Of a stretch of DNA of 64,000 bases, positions 22,360-34,239 are shown in pieces. A model generated the notes under the pieces. That model saw only the letters and a program-made list of their open reading frames with translations, ran no database searches and had not been told where the DNA came from. Position 1 is the stretch's first letter. Every line of letters begins with the position of its first letter. Source of the DNA: Camelus dromedarius (lineage: Eukaryota); the NCBI RefSeq assembly GCF_036321535.1, contig NC_087436.1, positions 49,416,001-49,480,000 of the forward strand. The letters are read 5' to 3'. A program made the translations under genes and the position numbers.

Positions 22360-24180
22360 TCAGTCTACTGCCCCACTTTACCTAAGCTTCTGAGTAGGGC
22401 AGCTAGAATCTCAATGGAACTTCACAGGGTTCTGTAGAAGTATTATAACCAAAATCCTATTATGTTCATACATATAGGGTGACAGGCCACAAATGAAATA
22501 CCAATGGGAAGTTCAGTTAAATTCAATTCATTAAGATTTTTAAAATGCTTATTCTGGTTCAGGAGATTTGTTGGGTCCTAGAGAGAAAGAGATGAAGAAG
22601 CTATTGCTTTTGCTCTCAAAGAGTCTGCCATGTATTAGATAAACAGATGTACAGACAACACCTCATAACACAGTGTGATTGGTGACCGAATAGAAACATA
22701 AGCCAAGAGCAACGAAACCAGAAGTACCGTTGAACGTGGCACAATTCTGTAGAATAGTTCCCGGTCTTAGTGAGAGAGCCAAAGTGGGTCATAGGAGAGG
22801 GCCTCAAGGTATCGAGGAACGAAGAAGAGACCTCATGTGCGTTATCAGCTTCTCTTCTCTCATCAGAATGCAGTCTTCTCATTAGGGCCTTTTCTTGCCT
22901 CTGATGTTGCAAGTTGAGCCAGCAAGTAGAGTTGGAAGAATGAGTTGGTAGACTGAAACTCACCTACTGAGTCTCTTGGTTCCCGTTCTCTGGTTAGTGT
23001 TAGGCCTCCTTCCCTGTTCCGCATCAGTTACTGCAGGTTTTAGGTCTCATCCTACTTAGATCTGGCCAGCCTGCTTAATGGGGTTCTGAATAAATCAGTC
23101 TCCTAATGATAGCTTCTCACACGCTTCACCTTTCCTGTTTTGCATTTTCTTGGTATCTTGGTATCGCTTTGCTCTTGGTTATTTGTATCTTGACTTATCT
23201 TTTCTGAATGAGAAGCAGATGGTAGATGACTCATCAGTACAATCATTATGACTTTCTTTGCTGCTCATAATTTCAGATTCCTGGCCTGAATGCTTCTTAC
23301 CACTTCGGCTTTAGATGAGTCATATGACTTCAGGTGGTGGATTAGAATCACTGCTTCCTCTGCCCTCACCAGTTCCAAGTATCTGCTAATTTTAGGTGGT
23401 CTGATGGGTGTTTAGAAGTTATGCTACTGAGCAGGCCCTCCCCAGTGAGAAGAATGGGGAGAAGTTCTGCATTTGTAATATCTTATTTCTACTGACGAGC
23501 ACAAGATTGTCATATTGATCGTTACCCCAAGTATTTAAAAGCCATCCAAAGATTTCAAGAGTGAAAACTTAAAGTGTATGTCAGCCATCTACTCCTATTT
23601 ACTGTGTTCTCTTTGGCTTTGGAAAGTGAGAAACTAACGAGTTACATCTCTTCTTTGTGAAGCTTTTACTGATTTCTTAAGACAGAGGCTGGGAAACACA
23701 AGGGAAAGTACCTAATCATCTGCCTACAGTGTACTAGTAAGCTTCTTTGGCTCAAATTCGCTTTTGCATATTCAGCTCTTAACACAGAGCTGCATGCACT
23801 GTAGGTATCTGATAGGCGTTGTGAGTCAGTGATTATAGGAAGGCATGGGTTGGCCTGTCTGGTGGTATGATAAACAATGTGGAACCTGGCAATCCAATTT
23901 CTATGTCTGTAGGAAGGAAGAATTATGCCAGTCAATTATCTACTAATGAGAGATACTGCAGGGCAAATTAAACAGCTGAGATTTTTAAGCTTAAGAAAAT
24001 GTATAAACATTATATTTTTCCAAGTTTACAAAAAGGGCAAATTGCCATAGGAGTATACTGAGTAAGTACCATCTACAAAGTACAACTTGAGGGAATCTAA
24101 GACAGAATCTCTTGGATTCCTCCCATGATACTGCCTTTCTTTTTCACTTGGTCAGTAACCCCGATCAAAAGGCTTGTCTT

Positions 24181-25098
24181 TCCAGATGCCTTCATAGGTG
24201 AATTCTACCAAACATTTAAAGAAGAGTTTAACATCTATCCTTCTGAAACTATTCCAAAAAATTGCAGAGGAAGGAACACTTCCAAACTCATTCTATGAGG
24301 CCATCATTACCCTGATAACAAAACCAGACAAAGACATCACACACACACACAAAGAAAATTACAGGCCAATATCATTTATGAGTATAGATGCAAAAATCCT
24401 GAGCAAAATACTAGCAAATTTGACTCCAACAATGCGTTAAAAGGATCATACACCATGATCAAGTGGGATTTATCCCAGAGATGCAAGGATTTTTCAATAT
24501 CCACAAATCAATCAATGTGATACATAACATTAACACACTGAAGAATAACAACCATATGATCATCTCAGTAGATGCAGAAAAAGCTTTTGATAAAATTCAA
24601 CATCCATTTATGATAAAAACTCTCCAGAAAGTGGGCATAGATGGAACATACCTCAACATAATAAAGGCCATATATGACAAACCCACAGCTAACATCATAC
24701 TTAATGGGGAAAAGCTGAAAGCATTTATTTCCTCGAAGATCAGGAGCAAGACAAGGATGCCCACTATCACCACTTTTATTCAACACATTTTTGAAAGTCC
24801 TAGCCATAGCAATCAGAGAAGAAAAAGAAAAGGAATCCAAATTGGAAAAGAAGTGAAACTGTTACTGTTTGCAGATGACATGATACTATACATAAAAAAC
24901 CCTAAAGAAGCAACCAGAAAACTATTAGAACTCATCAATGAATTTGGTAAATTGCAGGATACAAAATTAATATGCAGGAATCAATTTTATTTCTATACAC
25001 TAACAACAAATAGCAGAAAAAGAAATTAATGAAATAATACCATTCACCATTGCACCAAAAATAATAAAATACCTAGGAATAAACCACACAAGGAGGAA
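24181..25098 (+). mobile_element. LINE-1 ORF2 internal fragment (reverse transcriptase domain), frameshifted
   Basis: ORF track peptides [72 protein letters not shown] and LFADDMILY are canonical L1 ORF2. Confidence 0.96.
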
Positions 25099-25139
25099 AA
25101 ATTCTCTTTAGTACTTATTTCTCTTAAGACCCACACTTA

Positions 25140-26750
25140 TTTCTCTTTAGTGTGGGTGTGCTGGTAACAAATTTTTCTTAGTAATTTTTAAACTGTCATG
25201 TATTTATTTCACTTTCACTTTTGAAGTACATTTTCACTGTGTATAGAATTTTAGTTTGGCAGTTATTTTCTTTTAGTACTTTGAAAATAGCATTGCATTG
25301 TTTCCTGGCTTCTATAGTTTCTGTTGAGGATTTACTTAGCATTCTTATTATTTTTCTTTGAAGAAAATTCATCTTTTTCTTTTAGCTGTTCTTAATATTT
25401 TCTCCTTAACTTTAGCTTTTAGTAGTTTTAAAAAACTCTGATAAGCTCACATACAATTTTATTTGCATTTATCCTGCTTAATTCATAGAACTTTCTTAAT
25501 CGGTATATTAATATCTTTCATTAGTTCTGGAAAATTCTTGGCCATTATCTCCTAAATATTGCTTCTATCATATCATTTCTCCTCATCGCCTTATGAGGCT
25601 CTACTTATTTGTCATTTAAAATTTTCAATTTGTTCCATTTGTCATGTGTGTCCTTTTTCTTCACCGTTTTTACTCTCCATTCTTTGCATGGATTTTTTTT
25701 CTATTGACTTATTTTCTGTTTTACTGTCCTTTGTTGAGTCTAACTTTCTGCTTTGTTTTCATTTTTAGTTGTTGAAATTTTTAGTTCTAGAATATCTGTT
25801 CGATTCTTTTTCTGAATTTCATTTCTCTAATGAAATTCTCCATTTTATAATCTATTTTCTTATATATATATTAATCACAATTATTTTAAAAACCATGCCT
25901 TATAAATCCAATATTTGTGTTATCTGTGATTTTGTTTTCATTATCTTTTTTTCCTCTTTGTTTCGCCTCTAGAATGCCTGGTAATTTTATAATTAACTGT
26001 TGGGCATTATGTATGAGGAATTATGGACTCTCTTGATCACATTCTTGTAGAAAGGATTATTCTTATCCTCTTATAGGCAGCTGGTATAAGGGCCTATTAC
26101 CTTAATAAAAACAGAGGGCTATTGTGAGCTAATGTGTGGCTGGATTTAAGTTTGGGTAGAACTCGGTTTACCTCTGGTTTGCCACCAATGGCAAGGTGTA
26201 ACCCTGTAACATTCTCATCTCAAAGCCTTAGGTATTTACTAGGAACGCTCCTCCTTGGTTAGTCCTAAATTCCAATATTTGTCTCCTCAGAAACATGAGA
26301 TTACCAGTGTGTCTGTTCTCCATTTCAGTGACTTTCTGCTTGGTTTCTTGGGGAATTCTTTGAACCTTGGGCTCACTTATCTATCCCCCATCACCCTCTA
26401 CCCTTGGATTTTGACCTCTTGGGTCCTGATTACCTTGGGCACCTCAAATTTCAATTTTTGTTTCTTTAGTACTTTGAGATATCTATAAGCCCAGCTGGGT
26501 TCTTTGCATCTTAGCAGTGATCATTTACCATCCCTGGTCCCCCAATTCCTTGCCCAAAATCAGGTTCTGATAGGGTAGAGGTAGACACTGAATGTCAAAT
26601 GGCTTCTCTGTAGTTCTCTTTCCTGATCTTGTCCCCTCAAAAGTTCTGGTTGCTTGATAGCTTTTTAAATACTATCAGATATTATCTGAGGTTTTCAGGT
26701 TCTTTCAGCTGAAGGGTGAGTTTGCTATAGATACTACATTATACCTGGAA
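25140..26750 (-). mobile_element. Old L1M fragments (ORF1/5' region, heavily decayed)
   Basis: T-rich antisense L1 text such as GTATAGAATTTTAGTTTGGCAGTTATTTTCTTTTAGTACTTTGAAAAT and TTCTGGAAAATTCTTGGCCATTATCTC. Confidence 0.7.
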
Positions 26751-27037
26751 GTAGTGATAATACCAAATTGAATTTTGTTTATCACTTATTTATTGAAAAC
26801 TTCAGTGTCAGGAAGTGTGAAATGCTTTATATATCCATTAATTTATTAAACAAATATTTATTGAGAACCTACTAAGTATACTTTTTAAGCACATAGGCTA
26901 CATTGATGACAAACACCATCAAAATGTCTATCCTCATATATCTTCAATTCTGGTAAGTGAGATTAAGATAAACAATAAGTATTATCCATCTTCATTTACA
27001 GATGATAAAACCAGACAGATTTTTGTGTGTGTGTGTG

Positions 27038-27195
27038 GTTTTTTTTATAGTTGATTTTCAATTTTGTGTTAGTTTCAGGTGTACAGCAAAGTGATTCAGA
27101 TATATATATATAACTTTTCAGATACCTTTCCATTATAGGTCATGACAAGATACTGGACATAGTTTCCTGTGCTATGCAGTAGGTCCTTGTTGGTT
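27038..27195 (-). mobile_element. Short artiodactyl-type L1 3' end inserted in a MIR (about 26985-27290)
   Basis: ATAGTTGATTTTCAATTTTGTGTTAGTTTCAGGTGTACAGCAAAGTGATTCAG...CCTGTGCTATGCAGTAGGTCCTTGTTGGTTAT, flanked by MIR halves (CATTTACAGATGA... and ...CTTGCCCAGGGCCA). Confidence 0.8.
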
Positions 27196-29039
27196 ATAAA
27201 GACAGAGATTTTTAAGCTTGCCCAGGGCCAAATACTTAATGAATGATAAAGGCAGAGTTTGCACATAGCTTTCTCTGAAGTTCTATACTATTCTGTACAA
27301 AAAATATTTATACTTATTTGACCCTTTCCAAGAGTGAGAATTTGGCTATTTACATATTTTGAACATCTTAGAAGAACTGTCTATACAGAGTCAAGGTATT
27401 ATTCATAAACTAGAAACTCTCTTCTATGATGAACTTTTTTAGTAAGTGTCTGTTCTGTGATGATCACTTTAAATAAACTTATTCTGCTTTTAAAACCAAC
27501 AAGTGAGATGGGCACAAGTTTCTGTGGAGTTGGCCTCCGTGTGCAGTGCTCATCCCCATTGCTTTAGATACTCTAGCCAAACAAGATATGGCTCTTGTTT
27601 TCCCTGATTCTCATGCTGCAACGTGGGCCCTTGTCATCACTGATGAGTGGCATGGTTGTACTTCTCTGCCTGACTCTTAATATACTCCTCATGACATAAT
27701 TTTGGTTTTTGCCTTTCAGCTCTACAAACCACAAGTGAGGGTAGGAAGCCCAACTCTATTCAGCATTCCCACCGTTATGACTGAAGAGCATTAGGCTGAT
27801 ATTTAAATGTTTCAGTTGCTCACTTAGTCCATAAGTCAAATTCTTTGCACTTGAGTTCCCTTTGGCTCTCTAGATACACAGAGTAAATTGTTTTTTAATC
27901 TGGCATTTATTTTCACTTGACTTATTTTTAAAGTCTCATTTTTTTTCCTGTTCATTTATAACTCTATTAGCTGAGAGACACCATTCATTTTGTAAGCAGT
28001 GCTTTAAACACATTTCATCTATCAGGATTAATTTTGCTGAATGCACCACCAAATAAATACATTAAAAACAACTGTAACACTTCATTAATCAAAATGTCAA
28101 CTTCTGCAGATGTGAAATGTCCCCCACCTTTAAAATTTTCTTCCTTTGCTTGTGAGTGCTTGTCTGTTTGACTAAAATATAAAAAGTGATATAAAACACT
28201 GTCATTCTATTAGAATATGCATGCAGGATTTGAAGGTGCAATCCATTATAATTAAGGCTAATTAATTATTATATGGTCAAATGAGCAACAAATGCACATG
28301 CAAAATCTAAAAAGTTAATTATTTGAAAATTGGTTAATCAATTGTGCATTCAAATGCACATTTGTTTTAGCATGCAGACACTTTGCACTTTTATAAGGGA
28401 TTAGTCTAGATAAAAAGCCATTAAAGCAAAACATTTTAGAAATATCTCTGCTCTACAGGGGAAGAAAATACATTAAGATCAAATGGGTTGGATTCTTAAA
28501 AATTATAACTGTTTTTCTAATAAACAATCTTCAAAAGAAAGAAAAAATATTAGTATGAACACTTACTTAGAATGACAGAAAGAAATCAGTCCAGATTACC
28601 TACTTTGTGGGAGGCATTCAACGTGAACATAATTAAAAGGAAATCTCCACCATGTTAAGTGGCCTGCCACCTGCAGAAAGTCCTCCCAAAGGCCAATATC
28701 CAGATGGAATTGCTTTCTTTCAAAAACAAACTAGAACCATGTAAGGATGTACAAATCCCTAGCCAGCTAAGCAGCTTCAAGCAAGCCCTTTTCATCTTCG
28801 AATTTCACAAACTGCAAAACTTAAAGAAAAGAAAGGGGTGGGGGAGGGGGAGCCCAAGAGACCCTCACAGTGGCAGCAATAACAAAAACCTAACAAACCG
28901 CAGGAAAGACACGAGGAGAATGGTTGCTAAAAAAGAACCCAGAGTGCAAGTGATTTGTTTTTTCATACATTCATCAGGGAGTCAAATCTACTGGAAGCAG
29001 AGAACATATTTTATTGGCCACTGAATATCAGAAATGAAT

Positions 29040-30410
29040 CTTTTGTTTATTCAAGGTGATTTCCAGAAGTCCTCTGTGGGAGAAGCGGGAACAGAATTGA
29101 TCAACTGGGAGAGGGGGGAGGAAGGCATAGCAGAGTAGAAGCCCAGGGGTGAAAATGAGCTTGTCCCACTATAACATTCATTTTTGGGAAGCAGACAGTT
29201 AATTTGGATACATCAAGGGTATCAGATTACAGTTGTCTCTGAAAGGCAGTCTCACGAATCTGGACTTTATGTGATGGGTAGGGGAGAGTCATTGAAGGTT
29301 CCTGGCTCAGAATCATGACTTCATTTAAGCTAAATTTACAGAAGGTTAATCTGCTTAAAAGAGATTGGAGAAAAGAGGCATTTGGAATAGGGGGAATTGT
29401 TAGGGTTATTTAGTTAATTGAGGTAAATATATCTGAATTTTGAAGGAGGAGGAAAAATGAAGCAATAGATATTAGAGACATTTGAAAGATCGAATCAACA
29501 TGACAGGAATAGTTATAAATGCCTCAAGTATTTAATGATCTAAGACTGGAAAAGTGATGGTACCACTGGAAGAAAGAGGAAGACTGGAATGAATAGTATA
29601 TTTAGACTTAAGATGGTAAGTTTAGTTTTGGAAACTTTGAGCTTGAAATGGCAAAAGGCAACAAGTACAGATACAGGAATTAGTATGAACCATGCTCATT
29701 GCTTTGGGGAGTCTCCTAACTCAGAACGGATCTGCTTAAAAGAAAATGGTTGAGGAGGGAAAAAAAGTCAAAATATGAGCCCTGGGGAAACAGAGAATAC
29801 AATCATAAGAGCAATAACATAAATAGAGGAATCAGCAAAAGAGGCAGGAAAAAGAGAGAAGCACAGGAGGACAACTAGAATAGCATAGAATCACATAAGC
29901 CAACAGTGGAGATGGTAGCCAGTGACAAATCATCACAATGACAAGGGGTGAGGAAGAGCAGAGTTTTGATGTGAGAACAGTTCATTAGAGTTTAAAAACA
30001 GAGAGATCAACAGGATTACAGTATAAACTAGGGTCACGGGATTAGGGTTGAGGATAAGTGCCAAAGATGTGATGTCATTAAGCAGAAGAGACATGGAGAA
30101 TGCAAGTAATGGGACAGTCAATTAGTTCTTTAGTGAACAATTAACATTGACTGATTGTCAATGTACAAAGTACTAGGCTAGGTGATGTGAGACACAATTC
30201 AGACTCTCAAGGGGTTTACACTTTGGATTGGGAGATGGAAAGAATAACACAATGCTGTGAGTTGAAAAAAGAGCAAGCCCCATGGACAGAGGATGATGCC
30301 AAAGGCCTTAATAAAAGGTAGTCCTAAACTTGGACATGAAGACACGTAAAGAGATGAAAGGGAAAGAGAAGGCATTCTAGGTGAGAAGGTCTAGATGCTG
30401 AGCCAGTCTT
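29040..30410 (-). mobile_element. L2 LINE fragments
   Basis: Purine-rich decayed L2 antisense text, e.g. TGGACTTTAT...GTAGGGGAGAGTCATTGAAGGTT. Confidence 0.5.
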
Positions 30411-30417
30411 AGGTATT

Positions 30418-31027
30418 ATAGAAGATACAATTTAATGCCTACCCAATGGTCATTCTCCAACTCCCTATGTTCTGTTCACAGAATCCACATTTATTCAGGT
30501 AGCAATGGAAAACTCCCAACCTCAAATGGAGAAGGGCCCTATCCTAGTTTCAGGAAATGGGTTGTGATTGGTCTAAATTAGAAATGTTATTCTTATATAC
30601 CTTTGCCATTGGTTTGTCCGAGGTGGCCATCGAATTCTGTTCTGCCAATGAGAAATAAAAGGAAGTTTACTTTGGTTCCTAATAAAAAGGAATAAGTTTA
30701 GTTTGTCCCACCTTCTGTCCTTTTGGCTTTTCCTCTTTGTTCTGCTTGTAAAATGGACTAATTTCTCAAGAAACAGTAGCTAACTTGTAACTATGTTGAT
30801 AAGCAATAAAAATAAATGTCAAAACACTAAATTTCACAAGCAGAGAAGTAGAAAAAGCCCAAAGTTCTGCCATCATCATTGTCATAGCCATTGAGCAGCT
30901 GCACTGAACTGGAATAGCTACCTCCAGGCTTCATGTTTTGTTAAAAAAAAAAAAGCGATTATTTATAGCAACTATTTAATCTTTTTTTTTGTTGTTGTTA
31001 CTTGTAGCCAAATAATTTATAACAGAT
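30418..31027 (+). mobile_element. MLT1J-like MaLR LTR
   Basis: TGCCTACCCAATGGTCATTCTCC...CAGAATCCACATTTTATTCAGGTAGC...GATTGGTCTAA...GTTACTTGTAGCCAAA. Confidence 0.7.
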
Positions 31028-31099
31028 TTAGATTTTGAGCAGTTAGGACAATGGGACACTGACAAGTTGAGTAGAAAAAGAGATTTCAGGAGAAAAGAT

Positions 31100-32311
31100 T
31101 CGATCTCTAGACTGGCTGTCCTCCTAAGAGTAAAATGCTGGGTAAAATACAGAAAAATACTCTTTAATTGCATTCATGAGGCAAGAAATAAGGAATAAGC
31201 AGGCCAGAGACTATGGTGCACTTGGGTACCTAGGTAAGTACATTAACCACATAGAACTTGAGCATTGTTTTTGTGAGATTGTAAAATTCCCGGAATCGAA
31301 GAAAACATTCTGGAAGCCACCTAAAGTGAGAGTCTAATTTAAAAAATCCCTTACATAAAGCTGGGGTCACAAAGGACTCTGCACCCAGAGTATACATTGA
31401 CTATAAATCAACTTGCCTCCTCTTTCTCTTTCAGAAGCTATAAGAAAAATTGCCAGTCTCAAAACTTGGTATTTAGTAGAAAAATTTAAAAAATTATCCT
31501 TTGATATTTGTAACCACAATTCAATTTTGTGTCCAAATTCACACTATCTGCTAAACCAAAAAATGACCAAAAAAACAAATTGAGAATTTAATTTAAAGTG
31601 CCCTTAGATGCCTGAACATAACAAATTCTTTGTAGAATAACCAACCTTCACACCAGGCATTAACACATATCCACAGACAAAATTCTGGGGCATATGAGCA
31701 GTATATAATAAAAAAATATCACTAAATACAAGGAAATAAGCTATCCTATGTGAAAAAGGAAATGGAAACAGATACTCAAACTTCATATTTTGAAATTATA
31801 GGACACAGAATATAAAAATGTGTGAATATATTTCAATAAATAAAATCAGAGAAAATTTGAAAAAGCACAAAACAGAACTCCTACCAATGAAAACTATAAT
31901 TACTACAAACTTAATGGACTGGTTGAATACAGATTATGCACATCTAAGAAAAAAAACTAGTAAATAATAAAATTTAAAAAAAGCAACTGAAGAGATGCTC
32001 TTAGCTTGGAGAGACAGAGAAATGAAAAATATCAAAGACAGGTCAAAATATAGGGAGAACAAACAGAAAAAGTCAAACACACAGACATATATATATGAAA
32101 TTATACATGTATAGTTGAAATTTCCACTTGAGAGAAGAGAGAAAATGAAGCAGAGGAAATATTTGACGATATTATGGCTGAGAACTTTCCAGCAGTGATG
32201 AAAAATATCACTATTATCAATATCATTCAACAAATGCAATAGATTCCAAGCAAGGAAATTAAAAATATTCACACCTAGGTGCATCACAGTAAAACTGAAG
32301 AACATCAAAAT
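31100..32311 (+). mobile_element. Old L1M/HAL1-like 5' region and ORF1 remnant
   Basis: A-rich sense text with ORF1 motif EEIFDDIMAENFP (GAGGAAATATTTGACGATATTATGGCTGAGAACTTTCCA) and CACACCTAGGTGCATCACAGTAAAACTG. Confidence 0.7.
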
Positions 32312-32317
32312 CATCCA

Positions 32318-33185
32318 CAGAATTATATGCCTTTTGAAAACAGCTCTTGGCATGCTACTGGGTGACGGTATAAATGGAATGCATAACTGTGTGTCTGGAC
32401 CTGGTCAGCACGAGCGAGGGTCTGCCAGGCTCTTGGAGATGTACAACTGGGTGTGCCCAGCAACAATTCATTGTAAAATGGAAGTAGTACACTTGGAATC
32501 AAGGATGAGCAAAGGGCAAAAGCAAGCCAACTCCCATTTCATCCGCCATCATTATACCAGCAACCACTTAGCTCACAATTTTAGTTATAATTTAGTTACA
32601 ATAAGATGACTGAGGAAAACAAAGCCCAAGCTTGGTTTATGAATGGGCCGGCTTGGCATGTTGGTACCTACCCAGGGACAGCAATTTCACTGCATCCATA
32701 CTCAGTGGCTTTGAAAAGCAATGGTGAGAGAAAATCCCCTCAACAGTTAGAACTGTGAGGGATGTGCCTGGTCATATAGTTTGGATAAAGGACTATATGG
32801 GCCTGTAGACGTCAGCCAGTAAGGAGAAAGACTGGATGGTCAGAGACCAAAAGATATGATGTAGGGCATACGGATGGGTATATATAAATAGGTACAAAGG
32901 TTAAAGATCTTCACATTACTGATTAATCCCTGCCAGAGAGCAATTATCACAGAAAAGACACTTAAAAACAGAGTAGATCAAATAACTTGGCTAACTGATG
33001 TCAACAGAATACCTAGTGCTAGAACAACAGGCTTATGAGCAAAGTGGCCATGGTAACAGGGATGGGGGTTCTGCATAAAGGAGCCCTACTCAGTAAGACT
33101 AATCTCACTACTACCACTATCAAATGTCCAGTCTGTCAGTCAGCACCATATACCAACTTCGCGGCTCCAATACGGTACCATTCCA
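32318..33185 (+). mobile_element. ERVL/MaLR internal pol remnant (RNase H to integrase zinc finger)
   Basis: AATTATATGCCTTTTGAAAACAGCTCTTGGCATGCTACTGG corresponds to NY-PFEKQLLACYW with a frameshift; AAAATGGAAGTAGTAC (KWK*Y); LTTTTIKCPVCQ. Confidence 0.75.
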
Positions 33186-34239
33186 ACAGGCTCCGTGGTG
33201 ACTTAAGGGGATCAGGTGGGCACCACGAAGTATTTCAGGGCAGATTAAGGTATTGGTCATCTTGGCCCTGGGCTGGCTGTACTACAGTAATTTCAATGGG
33301 CATCTCTGTTGGAGCCTCTCGCCCACCACTTATCAAGGTACCAATGTTTCTTCTGGGGTTGTCCATCTGCCATGGGCTGGGTGGTAGCCCTGTGAGAAGC
33401 AGCAATTGACTTCTGTGCCCTGGATGGGCTTGCATTTCTCATGTTGTACGAGGCCTTGCAGATTATGAAGCAGGTCCTGCCTGTAAGAACAGATGAGAGC
33501 AGGCTCCCTCACACCACTGATGGGTAGTCAAGTAAGATTACTAGGGATTCATAAGTAAAGCTCTGAAGTCAGTGCTTGACAGAGAGTAAGTGAACAAAAA
33601 CATTAGCTGTTATTAATGTTATCATGATTGTTAAAAAGGGAAAAAACAATGCTAACTGCTGTGGAGGAGAGGAATAGGCAGGTTAAAGCATACCATATAT
33701 GTAGATTAAACAAGCAACTGATTTTTATCTAGGCATAATACAATCAAATCAGGGGATTTACTTAAAGTTTTACATGCTCTAGAAACCCTGTAACATGCAA
33801 AAAAAATAAAATCTATCAAAATTCTCCACAAAATGAAAACAGCAGCCTGGAAAGAGAAAATTAGTTCAGCATCAGGCCAAGGGTTCAAAAGTTTAACCTT
33901 GTTTAACCAGAAGGGGGAAAGGAATTCTAGAGATCACTTTCCTTTGAGGAAAGTAATAAAGCAATTATATAAGGCTAGTTCAAGAAAAGTTGTAATTGGA
34001 TAGTGTGAAGTGTTAATTAAAATGGACACAAAAAGATTGCTTACTTTTTCCCTCTTTAACAACCACTAAGCAAATATTTATTGAGGGCCTACTGTGTGCC
34101 AGGGACTGGACACAAAAGAGTCTGTGGACCATAGAGTCAAAATTTCTGTTCTCATGGAGCTTACTTTAAAATAAAACCAAGAGAATTATCATAGCGTATT
34201 TGGACAAAGAAAAATTAGTTAAATAATAGATGTTATTAC

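Noticed and set aside
24463..25029. 188-aa ORF as a functional reverse transcriptase or retrogene
   Set aside because: It is a frameshifted internal piece of L1 ORF2 with no endonuclease domain, promoter or 3' end.
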